64,000 bases of DNA. Origin: Oikopleura dioica. Its lineage: Eukaryota > Animalia > Chordata. This document shows positions 14,331 through 27,100 of the stretch, piece by piece (the stretch's first letter is position 1; the number at the start of each line of letters is the position of its first letter). The stretch is taken from positions 13,516,001 through 13,580,000 of the forward strand of contig OU015567.1 of assembly GCA_907165135.1 (NCBI GenBank), in the 5' to 3' direction. Below the pieces are notes generated by a model that was not told the DNA's origin, did no database searches, and was given only the letters and a program-made list of their open reading frames with translations. Both the position numbers and the translations under genes were made by a program.

Positions 14331-14573
14331 ATGCTTATTTATTTAACAAGTTCTGTAGCACACTTTTTCAAGCGCTTGATTTTTTGTTTTGTTCATTCTT
14401 CAATCCCGCATGGCAATGCGAATGTATTTCTCAAAGTATAACCTTAAATGCATATCTTCAATCAATTTTATTATTTCTGATCAATGGCTGTACTTCTATT
14501 GTTTAATAAATTATATTAAATTCATGGAAAACCAATAAACGCCGTCTTTACTGAACTCAAGGAGAAAGTACAG

Positions 14574-14940
14574 ATGGAGGTAGTTTTTAATATCGTATGT
14601 TGTTCAATATTTATTCAGGCGGAAATGTTCACGGCTAAATTTGTGAACTATGGACTATCAGCAACTTGTCTGGAATCTTGAAGTTTACATGGCAGATCTA
14701 TAAATTTGTGAAATTAAAAGCGCGGATTAAATTTGAGGAGTCAATCGAGTTAGAGCTTAAAGTTGAGGAAGGAGAGCAGTTGACACATGTGAGCGATGTT
14801 CTTTAATTGAGTTGGAAGTTGCACACAAATTAGAAATTAATCAAATCATCGAAACACAGGCTAAATATCTTGATTCATAGAAGAAACATTCGTTAGAGCA
14901 GTTTATCCATCGAAAACGACAGAAGACTGTTTGATTAGTT
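14574..14940 (+). other. Possible small spliced gene, unresolved
   Basis: ATG GAG|GT...TTCAG intron-like segment and a Glu-rich open stretch (KFEESIELELKVEEGEQLTH); no recognisable domain. Confidence 0.2.
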
Positions 14941-16866
14941 CGACCATTGTCCTCCTGTAAGTACAGATGTGAAAGCATATGGACCGCATCTATGCGTCAA
15001 GTTCATAAGATCTAATGGGAAGCGCTTAGATTCCCTTAACCAGAACCTCAAAGCAGGATTTCAGTCAATAATCTGCCGAGTATAGCAGACTATTAAAGTT
15101 AATCTTCTTTCGATAAGTATACCTATTTAAAAATAGGCAATTTTAAATAGCCTGTGAAATATGCTGAAGCAAGGACTTTCGTATTTATCCAAGACGACGA
15201 GAAAGTGAGACAACTGGTCTTTTCAACAATTGGATTAAATTTTCAATTACCGAGAGACGTCGAGAAATTTTTCCTAGAGAGCTCCCTTGTTTTACGAAAA
15301 TTAGCTAGTAGAGGGGATTCACAGTTTCTTTCAATTATTTATCGAGGGTTTATCCTTCATAAACCGTATTCCATCGCCTCATAATCTTGGGCTATCCTCT
15401 CTTAGGCCGTTGGGCACGATTGTTGGCCACTTGAAGTTTTGAATGCGGTAACGGCGAACTCGCCACAGGCATGCTCGTCATCAGATGCACTGTCTTTGAT
15501 GAAAGTTCGAGAGACCGAGTTTTTTTTCTTCACAGACACAAGCTACAGTAAGTTTGCTCTTACGTAAGTTGTGCTAGATGAGGCGGAATTTTAAGAGGTG
15601 GACAAATATCAAAATTGAGCGAAATATGCGAGAGATAAATCGACAGGCAGCAAGAAAATTCTAAGTTGAACTAAGGGATTTCAAGAGATATTTTTTGAGA
15701 TTTTTCTCAATTTATTTCCACCACGCTAATTTCCAGGGTTCATTTATGGAAAGTCTTAAATCATTGCTCAGTTTCAATTTTGAAAGGATTAGAAATTCGA
15801 TTGTCTCATATTTGCACTAGAAATTCCCTCTCAAAGACCTCAGGATTGTGATTCAATCTTATTCTCTTTCTGCTTGCCTGAGCAAAAAGCTCAAGCATAA
15901 TTTAAACGTCACGAAATAGTGGTTTTTATCAGTAGCTTTTGAGAAAAACCAGAGGCGCCTCTTCTGAGCCACATTCTCAGAGGGCAAATATCAAAGCTGA
16001 AGAATTTTTCGCTCAATAAATAAAGCAGAGAAAATGGCTTCAGAAATTTGGTCAGTTGATTTTCTCGTTTTATCTGAGAAAATACAAAAAACCCAAGTGC
16101 TACTCAAGAGTCCTCGATGATTTCAATTTTCCTTCGTTTTCACTTGAGCCGTAGAATTTTACAGAAAGAATAAAACAGAAATAAGAGAATTAATCCTCCA
16201 GCGAAATTGGCGATTTATTAAAGGGTTATCTGCGGACGAACGGTCTTGACTGAATCGAGACAGTTGATAATTTAATTTAGGTGTATTAATCAGGATGTTT
16301 TTGCTTCAGAAGAATCGACGCTCGATTTTTTGGACAGAGAAAAAGCCTTTTTTGGGGGAAAAATTGCGACAAATTTTGAGATTCAAAATTTTCATTAAGA
16401 AAAACCAATCTTTCGATTTCTATTTTTCGAAGTATTTTAAGATGTTGAGCTTGTAATTGCGCAAAATAATCTGCTACCTGGAAGAATCTATAATTATAAA
16501 CCTGTTAGGTCCATTTGAGATTGAGTTATTGCGTTCTCTTTGACTTGGATATCCTCGAAAATCTGTGCTCGTAAATTAGCGCTAGCATCTTTATTACAGT
16601 CACAACGTTCAAATTGAACTCGCTGCTGACAGTAACCATTATTTGTTCAGAAAGGAACCTGTCGCCGAAAATAAACGAAGATAGCGTTATCGCGTTAACG
16701 AAATTACAGTAACTGCGAAAGACTGTAACACCAGCATCTGACAAAGAGAACGATACTGTTACCTTAGAGAAAGAGGAAGGAACATCATCAGATTGGGCCG
16801 GGCAATTTATGCAGCAATGAAAACTATACACAGATCGAGAACAGAAACAGTACTTACTTTACAAGC

Positions 16867-18611
16867 ATGAACGCAAATGATACCGGAAATGGAACAGAAC
16901 TCGATTTTTTACATGACGACTGTCAAAATCACAGTAAGTTCTTTTTCCATGCAAAATTTTGGAGTCATGATATAATTAATCACATCATGATTTGACACCA
17001 ACTTTTTTAAGTTTCAAAAAACGAGCTTGAAGAATTCCGCTGGTTCGGCATCATCATTGGAATTCTGGACATCGTGGTTGGCGGATTTGGCAACGGGCTG
17101 ACAATTGCGGCGTTTTTGACAAACAAGAAGCTTTGGAGTACCTTCAACATTTTCATTGTCAATCTGAGGTAAGATCCCCACATCGCTTGTCATTCACAGC
17201 TATCTACGTTGATAAACAAAGCCCTCTATAAACAGTAGCGTTCAGTATTATTGACTTCCTAACGGCGGTTTTTATGATGCCTCTGCATGTCGTTGGATAT
17301 GTCCTCATGGAATGGCCCTTTCCTCAATGGATGTGCGCTTTTCAGGAAAGACTTCTGAAAATCAAATGCTTACTGTAATTTGCTCTCAGTAATCGATTTT
17401 TAAGTCTTACGTAAGGCTTACATCTATTTCTGTTGTGGGTACACCAGTGTCGTTTGTTTAGTTGCAATCACGCTCAATAGACTCGTCGGCATTGTCTACC
17501 CTCTTCATTACAAGGTAATTTGAACTCCCAAGTTCTCCTCCCACGTGACATTTCTTTCTAGCGTTTCTTCAGCTCATGCCGTACCTCGCTTGCCATTGTG
17601 TTCTGTTGGTTCGTGGCACCTCTTTTTCTTCTTCCGTTTTTGATCTTCTCCAACTCTGATGGGACTCAGATGATGGGTTGGCGCGAAGGTACGGGATTCA
17701 AATTTACTGGAAGCGCTAAAATATCCATTCAGATCAATTACTATGTACATTTACAAATCTTGAGCCAAAATTCGAGCTTTACATGAAATTGATGAGAGTC
17801 TTATTCCAATTTGTACCCGCCTGTATTATGATTGTTTCTTACACAATCTCCGGTAAGAAATATTTTAAAACTTCAACGAGTCAAGATTTTAGTTTGGGAT
17901 GTCTCGAGGACATCATCAAATCAACTTCTGAAACCTCCAACACTTCAGGCAGATAAAAGTCGCCGAACAAGCCGCAAATCAATGGACAAATCTCCTTCGC
18001 ACTCCTTTTCTGAAAGCAGGTAGTTTTATATTCCGCCACAAAAATACAACATTCTAGCCAGGGCAAAGCCCAAGCATAAATACAAATTTTCGCTTATACA
18101 AAGGAGTCTTGTTGAGTTCCGAAGGTATTCATGCACAGTCCATGGTGTCACTTCTTTTCACTGCGATTTTTCATCCTTGATTCCATAAATTTTTTTTAAA
18201 ATTAAGAGTCAAAGAATCTCTTGACTTTGAATCGTATTTTTTAAATATATCACTAACCAATATCAAGCATTCGTAGGCAAAGGAGGAAAAACAACTGGCG
18301 ACTGCTTCTCATTTCAGTGCTTATGTGCTCAGGTAGACTACTTGAGTCAATTAGGATGTGTTCATTTCTAGTGTACTCAATGCTCTTCATTCCATCCGTG
18401 GTGATAAACCTTCTTCCCAACAAAGGATGCCTCGACCCGAGACTCCATATGACGTGCAGCTTTATCACTTGGCTCAATTCTTGTGTCAATCCAATTTTGT
18501 ACTGCCTTCTTTATCCCAGGTCTTATCCAATGCGGATCACCTAATTCTTAACTCAATTTCAGATTTCAAGCTGAATATCGACGACTTCTACGCAAAGCTA
18601 CTCATTCGTAA
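16867..18611 (+). CDS. Class A GPCR, GPR84/Moody-Tre1-like, multi-exon
   Basis: FRWFGIIIGILDIVVGGFGNGLTIAAFLTNKKLWSTFNIFIVNLS, IDFL, AITLNRLVGIVYP (NRL at the DRY position), WLNSCVNPILY, ...FQAEYRRLLRKATHS*. Intron 17346-17415 is GA-AG. Confidence 0.85.
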
Positions 18612-19011
18612 GGCCTCAAAATTACTCGCTAAAAACTTTTAACAAATGAAAACTTACTAACACTCTCCAGGTCTCCAACGCTCGTTGATTCAATTTGGGT
18701 ATGAAATATTCGTAAATCCACTTTTCTGATCCGCCAAAGTCATTTAATTTTCAAAAGCCATCACGAAAGAATATTTCCACATCCATCTCACTTTTTTATC
18801 CTTCTTTTTAGAGCTAGAAAGCTTCTCGTTGATCCACTTTATTCTATTCTAACTCCTTTTCTAGCATGCTGGGATTATCCAGAAATACTCCTACTAATTC
18901 TTTCGCCTCAGGAAAGACAAACTCCACTCAATCTTCAAGATGTGAATAGCCACTGTATTTATTACTGAGATTATCTTGCACAGTTTCAAATAAAAAAAAA
19001 CTTCTCATCTA

Positions 19012-19330
19012 CTGTGGCATCCGCTACTGGTTGGCAGTCAAAAGCGCCCCTCTTGCCAACTAGTAGCAGTGAGCGCGCCCCACCGGGGTCCGGGATCATT
19101 TTGCCTTCCCAGCTGGAAATCATGCAAATAACTCGGACTTTTTTGGGTGGTTCGATATCTAAAACGCAATACGAAAGTGGTTCTTTTCGAAAAATTTCAA
19201 ATTTGAATGGTTTGATTAGCGCAAACTCTATTTTCATTCCCGAATTAGGCTGACTTATCAAGGCGAAAAGCGCGCGGGGTGCCAACTTGTAGCGGAATTT
19301 CGGACTGCCAACTAGTAGCGGATGCCACAG
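19012..19330. mobile_element. Tc1/mariner-type MITE (319 bp)
   Basis: About 28-bp TIRs CTGTGGCATCCGCTACT(G/A)GTTGGCAGTC; TA on both flanks (19010-11, 19331-32). Confidence 0.88.
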
Positions 19331-19812
19331 TATTTCGGCAGTAATAGGTTGCCAGACTTGTTGGTTCTCGAAAATTTATCGAAGAAATTGTAGCTTGGTG
19401 GAGCATCTTCAGCGCTTTCATCACTTTGTCTCGATTGAGTTTTATCCGTGTTGCAGCAGCTTGCTCTTCGCAAAAGAATTATAGCCAAAATGATTGTCAG
19501 GAAAAAGGCGATGAGGGCGAACAAGCCATAGTTTTCATTTTCAAAAGTGCTAACCCGTATCTCTAAAAATAATTAATGTTATGCAAATAGAAGAAATTAA
19601 CCGTTTGTTTCGTGGTGTTCTGTGTCGGCTGAAATGTGTCCTTGGAGCGATAGCGGGTCCGCGTTGATGTTGATGTCATGCTGTGAGTTAAAGTTTCCAG
19701 TAAATTCATGGTTCGTATCAGCGGTCAAGTCTACGTCATGGCTTGTATGAACATCGCCATTGATCGTATAATCTGCCGGGATAGGTTTAAACTTTTTAAG
19801 TAGATTCCCCAT
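19312..19812 (-). CDS. Small single-pass membrane protein with Gly2 (paralog A)
   Basis: Exons 19812-19602 and 19562-19312, 39-bp GT-AG intron: MGNLLKKFK...EIRVSTFENENYGLFALIAFFLTIILAIILLRRASCC...; the stop lies inside the MITE TIR. Confidence 0.7.
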
Positions 19813-20121
19813 GTTTTTTCTCTTGAAAGTTTTACTCCCGAAGCTTTTTTATATCGTCCTGCATGATTAAGACCGTTGAGCTAGTCAAAAAGAATAAATA
19901 CCGGCATTTGAGAATGCCGTTGCAATCACCAAAGACCAAATACTTTGTGCTACGTTTTATTTGTACTTGCAGTCTGAAATGTTTCAATATTTACGTTACG
20001 TAGGCCAGACTGCCGTATTAGGAGAAAACGGAGAATGATCAATCACCATCAAAGAATATAAAAGCAAATCCTGAAGTTGAATTTTTGAAAAATAATTCCT
20101 CCTGATATTTTTCATTCAGCA

Positions 20122-20813
20122 ATGGGTTGTTGGTTCAACTGCCATCGAACCACCCACCAAGCACCATCAACCACTCATCACTACGAACATATCAAGCAAG
20201 AAATCATCCATAAAGCCGAAGGAGAATTCGGTGTCAATGCAAAAGTCGATGTGGATGTCCTCGTTGATTTCATGTTACAGGTAACAATTTGTTGTTTTGG
20301 TTTGGAACTAATAATAATTTTAGGTTCAAATCGACATGGGACTCGACATTGGAATACAAATTTCTGTCTTCAAAAATGAAGTTTTCGGAATTATAGGACT
20401 AATTGCATTCTGTGTTGCAATAGTTTTGATCGCATATTTCCTCCGAAAGTGTGGCTGCTGCTGTGTATCAACTACCGACGACCAACACGAATATTTTGAA
20501 CCAAGATGCTCGCGATATTGAAGCAGACTCTGTTATGCCTCGAGCGCGGTTTTCTGCTAGAAATACGCTCAGAAAAATATTCAAGCGAGATCTTGAAGAC
20601 AGTATTGAAAGAAAAAAACAGATGAAAGGACGAGATTCAAGAATGGATGAACCAAGCATTGTGCTGATAAACAATGAGGGCTCTTATGGACAAGAAGTTG
20701 TAACAGCCGGATTCAATTGGGACAAAATATTCTTTTGGAGGAAATCAGAAGAAAACGGCGATCGCGATAAGAAAAGACAAAATGACATCGCATCTATGTA
20801 TGAGATGAAATAA
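20122..20813 (+). CDS. Small single-pass membrane protein with Gly2-Cys3 (paralog B)
   Basis: Intron 20281-20323 (43 bp): MGCWFNCH...GIQISVFKNEVFGIIGLIAFCVAIVLIAYFLRKCGCCC. Ends at 20521, or at 20813 if a 43-bp intron 20463-20505 is spliced. Confidence 0.7.
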
Positions 20814-20871
20814 ATCCCGATATTCTCAGAGAGTTTTTTAACGCACCTGTATTTACAGACTATCAATAAAT

Positions 20872-21870
20872 CTAAAAACAAGAACCAACCGCTCGAATAA
20901 TATTGCTTTCGCAGCAATCGAGTACTTTTGGATTGTAGGTCTTCGGGCCGCAGCAGGCAACAGTGGATGTTTTCATATACGGAAAACGCTTAAAATATTC
21001 TTTATGAATTTAAGCAGTTCTCAAACCATTGGGTATTCTCCGCAACATTGAAAGGCCGAAGTGTTGATAAGCATACTTGCATGTCCGTTGAAATCACTTA
21101 AAATTGTAATGGTTTGGTTTTAAGTTAAATTTATTACCCAAAAGGATTCGATCGTTTGCCAATTCCCATCTGCGGCGCTCTACATTCGGAAGGGCGCAAG
21201 TTTATCATCGAAGCATTGAAACTCTCTTGAAGCAACAACGTTTTTGGAAAACACGTCAAATAATGATTCTACCTTGAGCAAGTGAAAGTGCATTTGCAAA
21301 AGCGACATCGCATTCGCATAAATCTTCCTTGCATCTGCTCGAATTCGGCCGACATCGATACTGAATAGTCGGTTTTGCTGACAGAAGACGTCTGTTTTTA
21401 CCTGAGTAGGAGATGTAGCGACCATTTCTGGCCCTTTATAAAATTCACGATTCGGATCGCAATTTCCATAGTCGAGACTTAGGCATTGAGTACACCTAAG
21501 AACATTTTATATTCAATCAACCTGCGAAATATACTGTGGTACCTGTAGTGAAGATGGCACGCTTTATCGATAGGATCCTTTGGGTCGCCAGATTTCATCG
21601 CTCGCTCTCCACACCAGCATCCATAGTTTACAAGCTGTAGATAATGTTATCGTTTAATTAAAAATGATATACGCACATTATTCAAGTTTAAAATTGTGCC
21701 TCTTGAAATAAGGTCTTTTAGCTGCCGCAACGATCTGGTACTCCTTGTTGTCTGCGCATCGCCTTTTTTAGGGTTAAATATTATCTATTCTTTTTTCAAA
21801 ACATTATCGATCAGCTAATTTAAACCCTAACTTGAAACATCAGAACACCAAGAACAAAAACCACGGCCAT
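20872..21870 (-). CDS. Secreted phospholipase A2-like protein with C-terminal CC-rich (galaxin-like) repeats
   Basis: Spliced: MAVVFVLGVLMFQ...RSLRQLKDLI...NYGCWCGERAMKSGDPKDPIDKACHLHYRC...LCECDVAFA...FQCCGEYPM...ACCGPKTYNPKVLDCCESNIIRAVGSCF*. Confidence 0.8.
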
Positions 21871-22126
21871 TTTTAGATTTTCTCTTTTTGATTTTGGATT
21901 AATGATCTCGAAAATCCAATCCAACGGGCTTATATAATGGCAATTCGCGCGAAAGAGTTTCACGCAACGTGCAATTTTTTGGAAAATTCGAGTGAACCAC
22001 TCAAATAGCAATTTCTTAGCCGCGACTTCACTTTCTCTCCAGCAAAAATCTTTGCTACCAACGACGTGGAGGCGAAATAATATCTATCACGGTAATTTAT
22101 TTCAAATCTAGTTTTCAAAGAAAAAA

Positions 22127-23410
22127 TTATCTGCTTCGACTTCTTCTTTTCGATTTTTCTTTCCTCGACTTTTTTGAACGCTTTCGTTTATCCTCGGAAA
22201 ATGACGATCGGGATCGTTTCCGCCTTCGTTTCTCTCTTGAACGCGGCTCTTTTTGCTCTTTCCTCGATCGAGAGCTTCTGGGTGGACTACCGGTACTTTC
22301 GGATGATGTCCGTTTTCGATGCTTTAATTTTTTCGATTTCGCAGATTTCCTCTCTTTGAATTTTTCTTTTCCGTGGCAATATAAAGTTTCTGAGGTTGAG
22401 TCTTTTTCGCTTTCATCGATTTGAGTTGAGAGTTGAGGGCCTAAAAGATATCAGCCTCAAAGATTGTTTCAGATATTTCGATACCGTTGTATGGTATTAG
22501 CTGATCGTCACGATTCGCACCCTCTGGGTAATTTGTTATTTTGAACAATGGTTCAATGTTGCTAGAACGCGTCATTTTTCGAAAACGCATCCACTCTTCC
22601 GGCGTCATTGGGACCGGAAATTTATCTTTCTGCATGAATTTTAGATCCACTGCTGTCTCAATGTGTCTTTTCAGTTCTCTCTGAAAAAGGAGCGCCCCCT
22701 TTTCGTTCAAATGCACTTTAGAAGACCTCGTATCTTCTCGCCGACAGTCATTTCTGGTGTAGTCCGTTTTCTGCCTTGAAATATTTTTATTTCAATAAAT
22801 TCTTAATTGTCAATAATCACCTGTAAAGATCAACTTTATCCTCGAACATCAGCCACATGTCAACGAACTGAAGTTGATTCGAATTGGCATTGGCAACAAA
22901 TTCTTTCGTCAGAAGATTGATTTCTCTCAGTCGAGGATTCCAATCATCCAGTCGCGGTAGAATCGACCCACAGAGAACGATTGAGCCTCTGTAAAGTTTT
23001 CGTACAACGGAAATAACGCCTATCAGATTCGGGCTGAATATCTTTGAGGTCGGCTCCTGGTTTGTCTTTTGAAGATAAGTTATTTCGTCTGTTCCAACGT
23101 TGACGTAAACAACTAAAGTGGTAGTTGACCGTGGACGGGAAATAATCTAAACAGTACCTCCAATTTTTGATGGTGGTGGAAGAATAACTTTGTTCTCCAG
23201 TTCGTGTCTTATTTTTTCCATGTCGAGTCCAGGATACGAGTAAAACCAGGTAGTATTCTTGAACTGCTCGCAGTTTATTCTTTGAATTATCGAGTCTCCA
23301 ATAAGAAGAACCTCTATGTCTTCTTTTTTCTCCAAACGTGGCGTCCCCTTCCACTCTAATTTCTGAACAAGTTTAGAAAATGAAATCACATTGAATTCAG
23401 CTACCGCCAT
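22127..23410 (-). CDS. SGNH/GDSL hydrolase-fold protein with Lys/Arg/Ser-rich tail (4 exons)
   Basis: Blocks VLLIGDSIIQRI, FYSYPG, VYVNVGTDE, SILPR, VHLNEKGA; the last exon encodes RSSRSRKE...RRKRSRSS...KRRSRSR*. All three introns are GT-AG. Confidence 0.78.
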
Positions 23411-24142
23411 CGTAGAAATCGTGTTTTCTCTCTGCTCCACCGTTCAAAGAGAAAATATTTACTTGCTTCATGAAACGTCTAGAAATCGTCGATACTAGGC
23501 TACTAGAAAATTGGGACAATAAATAATTTATGAACAAGGTTAGAGCTGTTTCTAAACAGTTTCAAGTTCCAGACATTCCTGAGTGCGATCATCTTGTGGT
23601 ATGATGTGAGCATCCAGGATGCCTTGATTTCCGAAAATGCGCGGAGAATATTGACCGAGTGGTTTTTGTGGCGTCCGACCGGGAAAATCATGTCCGAGCA
23701 ATTATGATAGATAAACTGTCATCATTTTGCTTTCATATTGGTATTATTAGCCAGACGAAAACATTACGAAATGCTCTTGCATAAGAAAATTAAAGGCTGG
23801 AATCTTATGACGATTTTTGCGGTCAGCTCACAGAACGGAGAGTGGCCAAACTTCCTTCTAATTGTAAATATTCCCTAATCCGCTTTTGCAAATGACTGCT
23901 GCCTCCTTCCAACCAGGAACATACGGCATTCCACTGCAAGTTTCTACACCAGAACAAGAAGTGATTAGACAACGACGATGAAAGTTTACAGTTTACTTTA
24001 TTCTTTGTACAAGTGATACTCGATAGGTAATTGAACATTTGGCATTGTCGACTCCGAATTTCATTGAGAGCCGATTGAAGAAATTTTGCAAATTGTGGTA
24101 ACAGAAATTGACTTAGAAAAAAATGACTCCTTTTGAATCATT

Positions 24143-27100
24143 TTATAGAGCAGCGGTGCCATTGGCAATCAATGATGATTTCTCGACGACCGGAACGGCG
24201 ACTGGCGAGAAGATCACTTTGTTGATCCAGTTTTCGAAAACAGAGACGCGGGAGAAGATGGATGGAAGACGTTCGTAGGGACTCTGAAAAGAGGAGAGGT
24301 TACGTCCACGAACATGTTGTCAAAATACCGTTAAACTCGTCATGAATAGTTAATAGAAAAATTTAACCTACTTAGGCTCATGGAATTATAAACTTTGAAC
24401 GATATTTTTTATGATAATATCTTCTTGAGTGAACTCAAAAAACGCTTACTGTAATAAAATTGCGACGTAATCATAATTGAGCTTGATAAGAGTCAATTAG
24501 CGATAAGCGATGGTACTTACTTGACCACAGTGAGAGCTTTGCCCAATCTCGATTCCCGCGATGAACCAGCTATTGTCCTTGTGTCGGCAGACCAAAGGCC
24601 CTCCTCCGTCACCCTAAGAGCAAATCTCAAATCCGATCTTGCGACGTGTTCTAGTAACGAGCAGGCGCCGTCAAGCACCTTCTCTCAAAATTAAGGATCC
24701 TACACGTATTCCTAATTGTATATTTTATCTCTACCTCGCAAGCATGTCCGATGAAGCCCGGTGCAGTCTCGTAGCCAACAGCGCAGAGATGTTCCTTCTT
24801 GTCGATGTTCCAAGTGTCCAAAATGTTGTCACAGGTTTGATGCTCCATCAAGTAGTGTCTTGATTGTTGCAGCACTCGAGCAAGATCATTTGGCTTCTTT
24901 TGCTCGTAGTTGGGAATGGGCTTGGTAAAACCCCATCCGACAAACCAGCAGTAGTCCGCGTCCTCTACTAAATTGGCTTCGGCCTCGACGGCCGAATATT
25001 CTGAAGTATACCTACCGTATGGAAGACAAGCCGGATGCACGAACTCGTTGTACTCCACCTTTTCAAGGGGTTAGCTTTTGACCTGGCCGATTTTGTAACT
25101 ACAAATCCGAAAAGAAAGAGGTAAGCACTAGAATTAACCGCGCGGTATTCATCAAGTTCGTGCGGCAGTGGGTTAAGACGCGTGAAATGCCAGTAATTTT
25201 GGCAACGTGCATGCGACAATTAAAACTCATTATCGAAGATTTGAGTCAAGTACGGATTGACGTTGACTTACGTATGAATCATTTCCAGATGGACTGTAAT
25301 AACGAAAAATTCAAGATCGATGGAGCAGACTTGGATGGCTACGTAACTAGCGCATCTTTGCTCCCTGCGCACGCAAATTACAAGTGTATCGATACAAGAG
25401 CCCTGCTCTATTCAAACGGCCGTCACATGCGCCCCTTTCCTTTTCGTTGATCAGCAAGAGAGCCACGTCGTTGCGAGGTGTTGTCTCGATCCGGTAGTTC
25501 GGGTGAATTCGTGTTTCTAAAACGTCGAAGGTTTGACGCCGATCTTTGGTTTTGGGTCAGTCTGGGTCGCTGATAAAGAGAATAGCGGCTTTGAGGGAGT
25601 TTTTTTATCAACTTGTTCTATGGTTTTGAAGAGAAAAAAAGAAAGATATAGTCATGAAATCGACAAATCTGCAAACGTGACATTCACCGATCCCCGCTGA
25701 TACGTCATTTTCTAGTGCTAATTTCTGTAATCTGCTCCAGCCGCCCGCTGAATCAAATTCCTCAGTTGATCTGAGAATTTTGAAAGCTCGTGGAAATCTC
25801 AAGATTTTTTCGGAAAAAAAACGTAGCTTCTTGATTAAACAAGTTTTTGACTTTACTTTTTGATAAGGGGATGATTTCTCGTTTTCTTCACGATAAGCAG
25901 TAAAGGAGATAAGCGGACATCATAAAAAGGATAATATTGATTATTTACACAATGTCAGTCTGATTGGAACTTACGCAGCTAGGGGCTTATCAGGAGACTC
26001 AGCGGGAGACTCGAGACTCGGACTCCTTTATCTGACACCGCACGAGAGCATCCGATTCTCGTGCTCCGCAACTAACGTGTTCGCTTTCTCGAAAATCGGG
26101 AAAACGGTGATATAAGACGACCCCTTATCAAAAAAAGCCTAAAAACTTTAGGTCGTAAACCATCCTCTGTCGACACCCCAAAATGGATTAAAAAATATGA
26201 TCTGACCCGTTCCTCCCTCGTCGCCTCCTCTAAGGGTGTGCACCCCGAGAACGACAACCATGTTCGTGACATCATATTCGCCGGATTCGCTGAAATTAGA
26301 GCGTTACGTAAAATGACAGAAATTAAGCAGAATGGAGGAAATGGATTTTACTCGTCGGAGAGGCACTGAGCGGCTGTGAGGATCCAGCGATCGGCGATCA
26401 GCGTTCCCGCACACACAAACTCGTATCGCCCGTTGCGCCAGTACTTGATTTGAGCCACCCAAGCCCACGAGCCTGAAATCATGGAATTAATAAGTGGCAA
26501 CGGGAGGGAGGGCCCCTTGATGACATTAAATCACCAGCTTGCCTCTTGCTTAGCATCGATCCTGGCTTTGTCAAGGTTGTACTTTTTAAAAGCTGCTGCT
26601 TGAAATTCATGTTTTAGCAACTCGAAGATCAACAAGAAGAAAACCAGTAACACAAAAAATTTCACTTTCTCTAACCTGGCACTGACGGGCGCCCAGCTGC
26701 GATCTTCAAATTGACGTCGCTCATTTCTCCAATTTGTTCCATCGTCAATCCTGTTTCTTCATCAACCGTCGTTTCATTATGCTTTGTTTCCTCTTCCATA
26801 GCAGTTTTGATCACCGGCAAAAGATCGAAGCCTTTTCCAAGATTAGTCGTCGTCATGCCCCAGGAAGCGACGGGGTTGTAGTGCAGCTTTTCGGACGAAA
26901 CCGATCGACGGCCTCGAGAAGCAATAGGAAAACGTCGTTGCGGTACGCCGAATGAACTTCGAAGTTTGTCTAGAAGACGTCCATTTCCGATTAAAGGTTT
27001 GATTGCTGGCTTTCCACAGGTTCCAACTAAATTTTGGTGAATTTGTTGAAAAAATATATGCTAAAATGAATTGCCCATTGTATTTTAATCAGTTTCTAAT

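Noticed and set aside
18986-19285. Overlapping ORFs on both strands
   Set aside because: Fall inside the TA-flanked MITE; no transposase motifs.
25160-25450. 96-aa plus-strand ORF inside the GA-AG intron
   Set aside because: GTG start, no recognisable domain, overlaps the protease exon end; unsupported without expression data.
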